Of a stretch of DNA of 64,000 nt, positions 44,083 through 52,795 are shown piece after piece. The DNA lies in assembly GCA_963727185.1 (NCBI GenBank), contig CAVSFP010000008.1, positions 207,953-271,952 of the forward strand, written 5' to 3'. The stretch comes from an uncultured Actinomycetes bacterium. Its GTDB lineage: Bacteria > Actinomycetota > UBA4738 > HRBIN12. Position numbers and translations under genes: made by a program. The notes beneath the pieces were generated by a model, which was not told where the DNA came from, made no database searches, and worked only from the letters and a program-made list of their open reading frames with translations. Position 1 is the stretch's first letter. Each line of letters begins with the position of its first letter.

Positions 44083-46065
44083 GTGCAACGTGTCGCATTC
44101 CGCAAGTTCATTCCTGTGGCTGTCATGATCGCACTGGCCGGAGCCCTCGCGACGGTCGGCTGGGTCAGCGCCACCGCGAGCGGCGCGCTCGCAGGGACCC
44201 CCACCCCAACGCCCACACCGACCGCAAGCGGCCCGTCCGTCCCGGCCGGCTATACGCTCGTGCAGAACCAGACCATCAACAACCTCGTGACCAATGGTCT
44301 GAACCACCGCTACTACTACAACGTGACGTTCACGGGCGGCAGCGCGACGGCGGCCGTCCTCACCTTCCAAGGCACGAGCCACGACCTCATCTTCGATCAC
44401 TGCACGATCGCCACCGGCGGCGGCTGGAACGGCGTCAGCGTCAACGACGCCAACGGCGCCATCCACGACATCGTCTTCAAGAACACGCTGTTCAAGAGCC
44501 AGGGCCGCATGGGCATCGAGGTCACCAGCCGGCCGACGACGGCGGCGACGCAGTACAGCCACATCGACATCACCGGCTCGACCTTCGAGCCGCAGGGCAA
44601 CGAGGCCGTCTCCTACGACGGCGGCTACCAGGCCGGCAACTCCACGTTCAGCGGCAACGTCATCCAGGGCGCCGGCAACGACCCGGCTCAGGCCTGGGGC
44701 AACGCCTTTGAGATCAACGGTCCATCGAACATGACCGTCACCGGCAACCGCATCTACCAGGCGCGCGGCGCTGCCCTCAGCCTGCAACGCCACGTCACTG
44801 CCGACGCCGGATGGCTGATCGCGGACAATGTCCTCGACTCCAGCGTACACATCCAGACCGTCGCCATGAGCGGCAGCGCGCAAGTCGTCCTCGCGCTCAA
44901 TGTCTATGGCGGCACCTACCCGCGCAATACTGTAGTCGCGCAGGCCCCAGGCGGCTCGGTCGCCTACATCTCCGGCAGCCATGGCATGGATTGGACGACG
45001 ACCACCTGGAACGACGCCAGCGGAAGGGCCGGCTACGGCACGCCGACGCAGACCGGCGGGTCCTCGGGAAACCTCTTCTCGACGGCGACCGCGCCGACGC
45101 CGACTTCCATTCCGACCCCCACTCCGACGCCGACTCCGACGCCGACGGCCACGTTGACGCTTGCGCCGACGCCCACGCCTACCCCCACCCCAACGCCCAC
45201 ACCGACCGCAAGCGGCCCGTCCGTCCCGGCCGGCTACACGCTCGTGCAGAACCAGACCATCAACAACCTCGTGACCAATGGTCTGAACCACCGCTACTAC
45301 TACAACGTGACGTTCACGGGCGGCAGCGCGACGGCGGCCGTCCTCACCTTCCAAGGCACGAGCCACGACCTCATCTTCGATCACTGCACGATCGCCACCG
45401 GCGGCGGCTGGAACGGCGTCAGCGTCAACGACGCCAACGGCGCCATCCACGACATCGTCTTCAAGAACACGCTGTTCAAGAGCCAGGGCCGCATGGGCAT
45501 CGAGGTCACCAGCCGGCCGACGACGGCGGCGACGCAGTACAGCCACATCGACATCACCGGCTCGACCTTCGAGCCGCAGGGCAACGAGGCCGTCTCCTAC
45601 GACGGTGGCTACCAGGCCGGCAACTCCACGTTCAGCGGCAACGTCATCCAGGGCGCCGGCAACGATCCGGCTCAGGCCTGGGGCGCGGGCCTGGAGATCA
45701 ACGGTCCCAGCAACCTCACCGTGACCAACAACCAGATCTGGCAGACTCGGGGATCTGCGTTCAACCTGCAGAGGCACGTCACCGCCGACTCCGGCTGGGT
45801 GATCAGCGGTAACCTCCTCGACGCCTCACATCACGCGCAGGGCACTCCCCAGAGCTCTTCCTCCCAGCAGGTGCTCACCCTCGGCGTCTATGGTGGCGTG
45901 TTCAGAAGCAACGCCGTCGTCTCTGCGTCTCCGGGCGGCAACGTGGCGTACATGTCCAACAGCCGCAACATGGACTGGCGCACGACCACCTGGAGAGACG
46001 CGACCGGCAGAGCCGGCTACGCCACGCCGACACAGACCGGCGGGTCGTCAGGGAACCTCTTCTAG
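44083..46065 (+). CDS. Secreted protein with two tandem right-handed beta-helix-like modules joined by Pro/Thr linkers
   Basis: GTG 44083 lies behind AAAGGGGAG. The signal-like N-terminus is FRKFIPVAVMIALAGALATVGWVSATA, followed by a PT linker. Module A spans roughly 44220-45070, a long PT linker follows, and module B spans roughly 45205-46062. Repeated NxxFxG/GNxI-type rungs suggest a parallel beta-helix. Confidence 0.78.
   Translation: MQRVAFRKFIPVAVMIALAGALATVGWVSATASGALAGTPTPTPTPTASGPSVPAGYTLVQNQTINNLVTNGLNHRYYYNVTFTGGSATAAVLTFQGTSHDLIFDHCTIATGGGWNGVSVNDANGAIHDIVFKNTLFKSQGRMGIEVTSRPTTAATQYSHIDITGSTFEPQGNEAVSYDGGYQAGNSTFSGNVIQGAGNDPAQAWGNAFEINGPSNMTVTGNRIYQARGAALSLQRHVTADAGWLIADNVLDSSVHIQTVAMSGSAQVVLALNVYGGTYPRNTVVAQAPGGSVAYISGSHGMDWTTTTWNDASGRAGYGTPTQTGGSSGNLFSTATAPTPTSIPTPTPTPTPTPTATLTLAPTPTPTPTPTPTPTASGPSVPAGYTLVQNQTINNLVTNGLNHRYYYNVTFTGGSATAAVLTFQGTSHDLIFDHCTIATGGGWNGVSVNDANGAIHDIVFKNTLFKSQGRMGIEVTSRPTTAATQYSHIDITGSTFEPQGNEAVSYDGGYQAGNSTFSGNVIQGAGNDPAQAWGAGLEINGPSNLTVTNNQIWQTRGSAFNLQRHVTADSGWVISGNLLDASHHAQGTPQSSSSQQVLTLGVYGGVFRSNAVVSASPGGNVAYMSNSRNMDWRTTTWRDATGRAGYATPTQTGGSSGNLF
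44197..44700 (+). repeat. Near-identical 504-nt repeat, copy A (N-terminal half of beta-helix module A)
   Basis: My base-by-base comparison with 45181-45684 gives 501/504 identical. The 3 differences are all synonymous third positions (TAT/TAC, GGC/GGT, GAC/GAT). The offset is exactly 984 nt. Confidence 0.95.
45181..45684 (+). repeat. Near-identical 504-nt repeat, copy B (N-terminal half of beta-helix module B)
   Basis: See copy A. Identity stops abruptly after ...GCCTGGGGC. The following module halves are only about two-thirds identical at the nucleotide level by eye. Confidence 0.95.
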
Positions 46066-46097
46066 GCCACCGGCCCGCCGCGCTTCCGTATGCGCAA

Positions 46098-46126
46098 AGC
46101 CCCCGCCCAGCGTCTGGGCGGGGGCT
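46098..46126 (+). terminator. Hairpin after the beta-helix gene
   Basis: Perfect 12-bp stem AGCCCCCGCCCA-gcgtc-TGGGCGGGGGCT, 33 nt after the stop, followed by CTTG. Confidence 0.6.
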
Positions 46127-46317
46127 CTTGCCGCGATTCACGGCCCGGCCGAGCCTTGCGCCCTTTCCGCGCGCGCGGTGTCGTCCGGATGGGAGTTCCG
46201 GCTCTCTCCTCACTTCAAGGCGGCAGGCCCGGCGATCGAACCCCTGCGTCGCCGGCCCTCAAGAAGGCCCCTCGCATGGCTCGTCCGAGGTCCCCAGAAC
46301 CGCCGACAGATCCCCTG

Positions 46318-47237
46318 ATGGAGCGGCACGAGATGGGACCGGCAGATCCCAAGCCGGACTCGCGACTGGTGCGGGCGGTCATCGCCGCCGCGGCTCACGG
46401 TCCCAGCTCTCGCCCGCTGGCGGTGCTGATCATCGCGGTGACCGTGGAGGCCGTGTTTCTCGTGGCCCTCGGCGCCGTCCAGCAGAGCCGGGACACACTC
46501 GGCCTTCCGGGCTCGCTCATGGCGCTCACCGCCGTCGTCGCCGGCGCCACTGGCGGGCCTGTCGTGGGCAGCCTGGCGGCGCTCATCGGTGGCGTCATCT
46601 ACTACTTCACGGTCGCCGGCATGGGCGCCCGGGGAGCGCTCCTGCCCACCCTGTTCGCGGCTGCTCTCTGGATCTCCGCCGCACTGATCTCCGCTCTGCT
46701 TTCCGAGGCTCTGCGCCGGCAAGCCAGGAGCCGTCGCGAAGCGGCGGCCGCCTGGCCGAAGCGCGGACCGCGCAGCGCGCCCAGGATCAGGTCGCGGGTC
46801 TGTATGAAGCGCTCGAGCTGCAGCTGGTGCCGCCGGCGCGCATCGAGAGATCGGACCTCCAGGTCATCACGCGCTACCGGCCGACCGAGGAGCGCCTGCG
46901 TCTGGGCGGCGACTTTCTCGATGTCATGAGCCTGCCGCGCAAGGGCCTTGCCCTCATCATCGGCGACGTCAGCGGCCACGGCCCAGCTGCGGCGGCTCTC
47001 GGGGCCACGCTGCGCGCCAGCTGGCAGGCGCTGGTCATGAGCGACGCCGACCGCGCCACCGTCAGGGCGACCCTTTCTCGCGAGCGCATCGGGGAGGAAG
47101 GCCTCGTCTCGCGACTGCGCGATCTTGGCCGTATCGACGAGCCGGCGATAGATGCGCTGCTGTCTCAGGTGGAGGCAGCAAATGGCGGCCCCATGAACGA
47201 CGATGTGGCGCTCGTCGTCGTCTCGCGGCGATCCTGA
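46318..47237 (+). pseudogene. Membrane-anchored PP2C/SpoIIE-family phosphatase, frameshifted and with an apparently shortened catalytic domain
   Basis: The N-terminal 4-TM region lies in ORF 46090..46929, from MERHEMG at 46318. The SpoIIE core GGDFLDVMSLP...LIIGDVSGHGPAAAALG...NDDVALVVV lies in ORF 46128..47237. Frame switch near 46745. The segment between GDVSGHG and DDVAL is about 90 aa shorter than I expect for this domain. Confidence 0.65.
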
Positions 47238-47460
47238 AGGCGGCGTCCGAAGGTCCGACTGTTTGCCGATAGCACCCGGGGGCAGACTCGAGGTAGGCCT
47301 TCGATATGGCTTGCGTCCTCTCGGGGGATCTCGCAGGCTTCTATGGCGCCCGATACAGGACGCGCCTGTCGCCTCTCCGCAAGATCCTTCAAGCCTTGTC
47401 TACTGATTGGCGCAAGTACCTTTTGGCCCGCTGCTTGCACCCCATCCATTGGAGACCGCG

Positions 47461-47733
47461 ATGTTGGTCTCACTCACGTTCAGCCAAGTACGGGAAGCAG
47501 GGCTCTTCGCGTGGCGCGAGGACCATCTTGTGTACGCTCCGTCGCTGGACGCCATATTGAGCGTCTTCAGCGCCGACGGCGCCGACGAGGACTCGAGCAC
47601 CCGCTTCGACGTGCGCAGCAGCTCGCTACGCGGCGATGAGCCTGATACGCGCATCGGCTGGCACCATATTCGCGAGTGCCACTGCGTGTACTGTCGACAC
47701 AGTCGTCTCCTCCTGCTGCACGACGACGCGTAG
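47461..47733 (+). CDS. Hypothetical protein with a C-terminal His/Cys knuckle
   Basis: ATG 47461 within ORF 47407..47733. It lies in a locally lower-GC patch and ends WHHIRECHCVYCRHSRLLLLHDDA. Weak call. Confidence 0.3.
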   Translation: MLVSLTFSQVREAGLFAWREDHLVYAPSLDAILSVFSADGADEDSSTRFDVRSSSLRGDEPDTRIGWHHIRECHCVYCRHSRLLLLHDDA

Positions 47734-47780
47734 GGGTCAGAGCGACCTGCGTCTGCCGCGAGACCCGCCCCGCGGGTCCG

Positions 47781-48587
47781 CTAGTTCCCCGCCGCCCGGC
47801 CTCCCGGGTGGCAGCGGATGCAGTCGGCCAGGGCGGCGACGTTCTGTCCCTCATGGTCGGCCTGGACGCTGGCCGTGGTGTGCTGGTGGCATCCGTAGCA
47901 GGTGTACGTGTTGAAGTCCGACGGATGGCACGTCGTGCACGTGGAGGCCTGCTTGTCGGTGCCGTGGTCGACCGGGAAGATCTTGTGGTCGAACTTGGCG
48001 TCGGCCCAGCTGCTCGTGGAGTGACACTGTCCGCACGAGCTTGCCGAAAGACCCGTTGTGCTTGTCGTTCTTGGCGTGGCACGAGTAGCAGTCCTGAGGT
48101 GTGTTCCGCAGGTCTTGGAGGGACGCGGCGCTGCGTGTGGCACTGGCTTGCACGGCACGCTGGCGTGCTTGCCCGTCAGCTTGAACGGAAACCTGTTGTG
48201 GTTGAAGTTGGCGGTGAGCGCACCGTTGGGTCCGTGGTGCTCCGTGTGGCAGCCGCCGCAGGTGGGCGATGACAGCGCCCCGACCAGACCGCCGTGGAGC
48301 CCGCTGTGGCCCTGGATCTGGCTGCGCGACGTCGGTGTGGCAGGCCAGGCACCTGTCGGCCATGGTCTGCGGAGCTCCAGGGGGCGGTGTGACAGGCGTC
48401 GCAGTTCCGCCAGCTGGGCGTGGCTGGTGACGCCGCCGAGGGTCTGGCCCTTGGCCTGCGCGTTCAGCGCGCCCGGGCTGAACAGGGCCGGGCCGCGATC
48501 AGCGACCCACGCCAGACAGGCCCACGAGCGGCGACGGCGGCGACCACGATCGCCTGAGGCGGACACGAAACCCGGTCGCTTGCTCAC
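47781..48587 (-). pseudogene. Multihaem c-type cytochrome (about 8 CxxCH sites), multiply frameshifted
   Basis: GTG 48587 lies behind GGGAGG. CxxCH sites seen are CGGCH, CGQCH, CTTCH, CYGCH and CIRCH (ORF 47781..48968) plus CLACH and CYSCH (ORF 47851..48363). An eighth site, TGC AAG CCA GTG CCA C, becomes CKQCH if one C is removed. At least 4 frame switches. Confidence 0.8.
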
Positions 48588-48603
48588 GGTCGCACCTCCC
48601 CCG

Positions 48604-50720
48604 CTATCGCTGCAGCGTCGCGTAGTAGAGCGCCGCGACCACGTGGACGAAGGCGACGGCGAAGAGCGCCCACGTGAGCGGCACGTGGATGGAACGCCAG
48701 GTCGCCAGCGCGCCTCTCCTGCGATCCGAGCCGCGCCGCGTCGGCGCGCTCCGCATCCGGCGCGTCCGCTGCGGACCGCGCGCGGTCCGTCGATCGCGCG
48801 CGGCACGGCGGTGTAGATGTAGCGGCCGACGACGCCGCTGACGACCACGACGACGGTCAGCAGCATCGCCACGCCGGCCAGCCCCTGGAACCTCATCGCC
48901 GTGTGGAGCAGGACCATGTAGGGACCGACGAGGCCCGTGACGATGTGGAATCTGAGCCAGCCCGCCATGCTGCCCCAGCGGGCGTCGGTCAGCTGCTTGC
49001 GGATGCGAGTACAGGGTCTCGGTCATCAGCATGAGGATGAAGCCGAGGACGCCGATCCCGTGGCCGACGAGGCCCGACGCCGCCGGGAACGCGCCCGCCT
49101 GCCGATACGCGAGCAGGTAGATCGCCGTGACGACGACGATCGCGACGAGCGCGTACCAGAGCTCCGCGGTATCGCCTAAACACGGTGCGCCTTCCAGTCC
49201 TGCCAGAAGTCGCTGCACGAGCTCGGCGACCGGAGCCGCCGGCTCCTGCAGGCTCGCCGACGATGGCGCTGACGTCGGCGCGCGCCCCGATGAGCTCCTG
49301 CAGCGGGAACGAGAGCGCCTGGTCGCCCATGACGACGGCGCCCGCGATGGTGCTCGTCCGCCAGGGCGAGCCGGATGTGGGCGTCGCCGCTCTGCGACTC
49401 CACCATCACCGCCTCGCCCAGCTCGCGCCAGGTCTCGCTGTCGCCGCGGGCGAGGCCCTCGAGGTCGGAGTCCTTGCCGCTGCCGACGGTGCCGATGATC
49501 GTGATCTTGAAGCCGGCCAGCCTGGTGACGTTGAGGGGGGTGCCCTCGTCGTAGACGTGCACGGGCTCCGCGGCCATGTTGAGACCGGCGATGCGGCCCT
49601 TGGCCACGGCCGAGTTCCACAGGACCTCGAGGGTGCGCCGGTCGGTGAGCGGCGTCGCACACCTCGGCGACGTCGCCGGCCGCGAAGATGTCGGCGTCGC
49701 TCGAGCGCAGGTACTCGTCGACCAGGACGCCGCGCCCGCACTCGAGTCCGGCCGCCTCGGCGAGTTCCTTCTGGGGCAGGACGCCGATCGCCACGGCGAC
49801 GAGGTCGCAGGGGATCTGCGTGCCGTCGCCGGTCTCGACGGCCACGACCCGGCCGCCGCTGGCCGAGGATGCCGGCCAGCTCGGTGAAGTAGTGGATCTG
49901 CACGCCCCGCGCGCGCAGGCCCTGCCTCGACGATGTGCGATTCGGACTCCGAGAGGACGTTGCTCCAGTAGCGGTCCTTGCGCATGAAGTAGTGGACGTG
50001 CACGCCGTCGGGCCCGCAGGCCCTCGACGATCTCGAGGGCGGTGATGCCGCCGCCGACGACCACGGCCGCCTTGGCGTGCGCGACTCCTGCGGATCAGGT
50101 CGCGGGCGTCGTCCATGTCGTCGAGCTTGACCACGCCGTCCAGCTCGCGCGCCCGGCACCCTGACCGGGATCGCCCGGGAGCCGGTGGCGATCAGCAGGC
50201 GATCGTAGGGGAGCTCTCGGCCGCCCTCGCAGGGTCACCCGGTGCGCGGCGGGGTCGATGCGCACCGCGCGCTCGAGGAGCAGCTGGACGTTCAGGTCGC
50301 GCGATGTCCTGGGGCGTGAACGGGAAAGAGCCGCTTCTCCGGCACCTCCTTGGCCAGGTAGTAGGCGAGACCGGGGCGCGAGTAGTAGCCGTGGGGCTCG
50401 GCGCCGACGATCACGATCTCGGCGTCGTCGTCCCGGCCGCGGATCGTCTCGGCGGCCGACATGGCGGCCGGTCCGCTGCCGATCAGGACGTGGCGCCGGG
50501 CCATGTCAGAGGCCCCTCGGCTCGGGCGGGCGAGCTCCGCGACCGCGATCGGTTCGAAGCGCAGCAGCCCGCGGGGGCAGCGCTTCACGCACTCGCCGCA
50601 GGTCAGGCAGTGGCTGTCCTTGACCGGCTCGCCCCGCCACACGTGACGCCGCACGTCGATCCCCATCGGGCAGTAGAACGAGCAGATGCCGCACTGGACG
50701 CAGCGGCTCGGCTCGGGCAC
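48604..50720 (-). pseudogene. 2x[4Fe-4S] ferredoxin domain fused to an FAD/NAD(P)-dependent pyridine-nucleotide-disulfide-type oxidoreductase, running into a His-rich 5-TM membrane domain; multiply frameshifted
   Basis: ORF 50292..50720 carries CVQCGICSFYCP, CLTCGECVKRCP and the Rossmann HVLIGSGPAAMSAAETIR. ORFs 48604..50064, 49176..50159 and 49406..50134 carry VVVGGGITALEIVEGL, FAAGDVAEV, NSAVAKGRIAGLNMA and TIIGTVG. The membrane part (about 48604-49170) has GLVGHGIGVLGFILML, WLRFHIVTGLVGPYMVLLHTA and WRSIHVPLTWALFAVAFVHVVAALYY. Whether this is one fusion or two genes is unresolved. It may extend 5-prime to TTG 50778. Confidence 0.7.
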
Positions 50721-51038
50721 GACCCACGCCGTGCGCGAGAGTCACGTGCTTGTCCCTGTCGGACTTGAACCAGTCCAAGATGCTCTGCTGCCCCTTCGCG
50801 ACGCTCTTCGATCAGCCCCGCTGAGAGTCTGCCCGTCGCCCGCGCCTGTCAACCCGGGCGACCTCATCGCGTGCCGGGATCGGCGCGTATGGCTCGCGGG
50901 CGGCCGCGCGTCCCTCAGGGCGCGTCGCCCCGCGTCCTCTTCATGCTGAGCCCGCGCGGCCACGGGCGTTCGATCTGCACTCGCGCGTCCCGTCCGTGAG
51001 CGCCGGAGCCTCGCCGGCGCGCCTCACGCGCATGGTCA

Positions 51039-51473
51039 TCAGTCCGCGGCGCGCCGCCCGGGAGTGGGGATCACCCCGACCTGCTGCAGCATGCCGAGCC
51101 GGTCGGCAACGCCCCAGTGCTCGACGATCTTGCCGTCGCGAAAGCGGACGATGTCGATGACGTCCACCTCGACGGTCCGGCCGCTCGGCGGCCGCCCGGC
51201 GACACCACCGGTGTCGGTGCCGCGGCCCCGAAGCCGCGCCCAGACGGTGTCCTCGGTGGCGACGACGTCCTCCATTTCCAGCCGCAGGTCGGGGAACGAC
51301 TGGCGCAGCCCGCTCGCGACGCGCCGGAGCGTCTCGGGCCCAGTGCCCTGCGCTCCGTTCTGATGCTCCACGAAGTCCGGCGAAACGAGTTCGTCGATCA
51401 CCGCGTACTCGCCCTTCGAGAAGGCCTCGGCGAAGAGCCGGCGCACGCTCGCGATGATGTTCTCGGATGACAT
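51039..51473 (-). CDS. SnoaL-like / ester-cyclase NTF2-fold protein
   Basis: 144 aa from ATG 51473, behind AAGGAGG. Blocks are VIDELVSPDFVEH, DVVATEDTVWARL and VRFRDGKIVEHWGV. Confidence 0.8.
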   Translation of the reverse strand: MSSENIIASVRRLFAEAFSKGEYAVIDELVSPDFVEHQNGAQGTGPETLRRVASGLRQSFPDLRLEMEDVVATEDTVWARLRGRGTDTGGVAGRPPSGRTVEVDVIDIVRFRDGKIVEHWGVADRLGMLQQVGVIPTPGRRAAD

Positions 51474-51683
51474 CGGTCGGCCTCCTTGGCTACCCGTCAC
51501 TGAAAGGAGTGTACCCGCAGATGCGGCCGTCGCCCGCTATAGGCTGTCTCTGCCGGCAGCCGCGGCGTCGACGGCGGGCGCGGCGAGCGCGATCCCCGGG
51601 CGGCGGCCGACGTTGCGGGCAGGCTGCGTCAGGCGCATGCTGGGCTCAGCCGGCCGCGCGGCCGGCGGGCGGAGGAGGACGTC

Positions 51684-51905
51684 ATGAGGGACGACGACCA
51701 GGACAAGGCCCAGCTCCACGACCGGGACCACGTCGGCATCGTCGGCGGCGCCGGCGCCACGTTCGTCGGCATCGACGCCGCACATCTCGATGTGGACGGC
51801 CGCGATGCGCACGACGAGAAGACGCGCCACGACCGCTCCTGGAAGACCAGGGCCGAAGAGGAGCCGGACGAGGTCGACGAGTCAGGCGACCGCGACCACA
51901 CCTAG
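51684..51905 (+). CDS. Hypothetical very acidic small protein
   Basis: 73-aa ORF behind GGAGGAGG with high GC3. About 40% Asp, Glu and His residues. Confidence 0.4.
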   Translation: MRDDDQDKAQLHDRDHVGIVGGAGATFVGIDAAHLDVDGRDAHDEKTRHDRSWKTRAEEEPDEVDESGDRDHT

Positions 51906-51929
51906 CGGCGGTTCAAGGGGATGCCGGCG

Positions 51930-52640
51930 TCAGCACGCCGCGGGCCCGGCGCCCGGAAGCTCCGGCATGCCCTCGTACTCCACGACGTACTCTGGCCGGC
52001 CGGCCAGGAGGAAGCTCTCGTTCATGTGGTTACGCTCGTCGAGCCCGACGCGCCTGAACACGTCCGCCCACGAGCTGAAGGAGCCGTATTCCTTCACCAG
52101 CTCGCTGGTGACGGGCTGGTCCTCCCACTCCGGGTGTTCGCCGACGAGCTGCGCGTAGTAGTGCTCGGAGTGGTCCTCGAACTCCGCGTTGAGGAGGAAG
52201 GCCCTGCAGATGTCCACCCGCGCCAGCGCCCACATCAGCAGGGCATAGGACCCCGTCATCAGCAGCGGTAGGGGATGGGACATGTAGCGCGGATCGGGAA
52301 CCGAGTCTTCTCGCAGCTTCTCGTTGATCAGGAGCAGGTGCCAGTACTCGTTGTCCTGAGCCTCGCGTCCCCAGTTCATGATCGCCCGTGCCTGCGCCAC
52401 CAGCGCCTTGTCCTTGTAGTGGCGGGTCATGCGCGCGTATTGGCGGTTCTCCCAGGCGCGATAGGGGATCGTGGCCAGCGCCTCGACGAGCTTCGCTTTG
52501 ACGAGCGTCGTGTCTCTTCCGGCAAACACGTCCATGCTGCGCATGAAGATCTGCGCGACCGCTGAGTACTTGTAGCGCGGCCGCCTCGCGGAGGCCTGCC
52601 GTTCCTTCTCGAGATCGATCGTCACCTGTTCCACGGTCAC
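51930..52640 (-). CDS. Alternative-oxidase-like di-iron carboxylate protein
   Basis: 236-aa ORF with four-helix-bundle ligands in the AOX order: E (LVEALATIPY), ExxH (NEYWHLLL), E (NAEFEDHSEHYY) and ExxH (DERNHMNES). The size matches bacterial AOX homologs. Confidence 0.65.
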   Translation of the reverse strand: MTVEQVTIDLEKERQASARRPRYKYSAVAQIFMRSMDVFAGRDTTLVKAKLVEALATIPYRAWENRQYARMTRHYKDKALVAQARAIMNWGREAQDNEYWHLLLINEKLREDSVPDPRYMSHPLPLLMTGSYALLMWALARVDICRAFLLNAEFEDHSEHYYAQLVGEHPEWEDQPVTSELVKEYGSFSSWADVFRRVGLDERNHMNESFLLAGRPEYVVEYEGMPELPGAGPAAC

Positions 52641-52795
52641 CCCCGGGCGAGCAGATCGGATGCCTCGACGTCATGGCCTTTGCCAAGCCGTCGCCTCATG
52701 AGCCTCCCCGGGCGGCCGCACTGGAAAACGCCCGATGCCGTACGGGGATCACGAGAGCCGGGATACCCATCGGCCGCGCCGGGGAAGACCCGGAC

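Noticed and set aside
45070-45215. Short-period repeats (ACGCCGAC/CCCACGCC-type) and the 984-nt repeat as a possible CRISPR or satellite array
   Set aside because: The short repeats encode the Pro/Thr linker in frame. The long repeat is an intragenic domain duplication. There is no repeat-spacer architecture and no cas genes.
43960-45777. 605-aa minus-strand ORF, plus identical 67-aa minus-strand ORFs at 44397..44600 and 45381..45584
   Set aside because: They are mirror images of the beta-helix gene and its 984-nt repeat. The duplication of the 67-aa ORF simply reflects the repeat. No coding evidence of their own.
50955-50985. GTTCGATC motif resembling a tRNA T-loop
   Set aside because: The flanking sequence cannot form a T-stem, acceptor stem or anticodon arm. 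No tRNA-like cloverleaf can be drawn.
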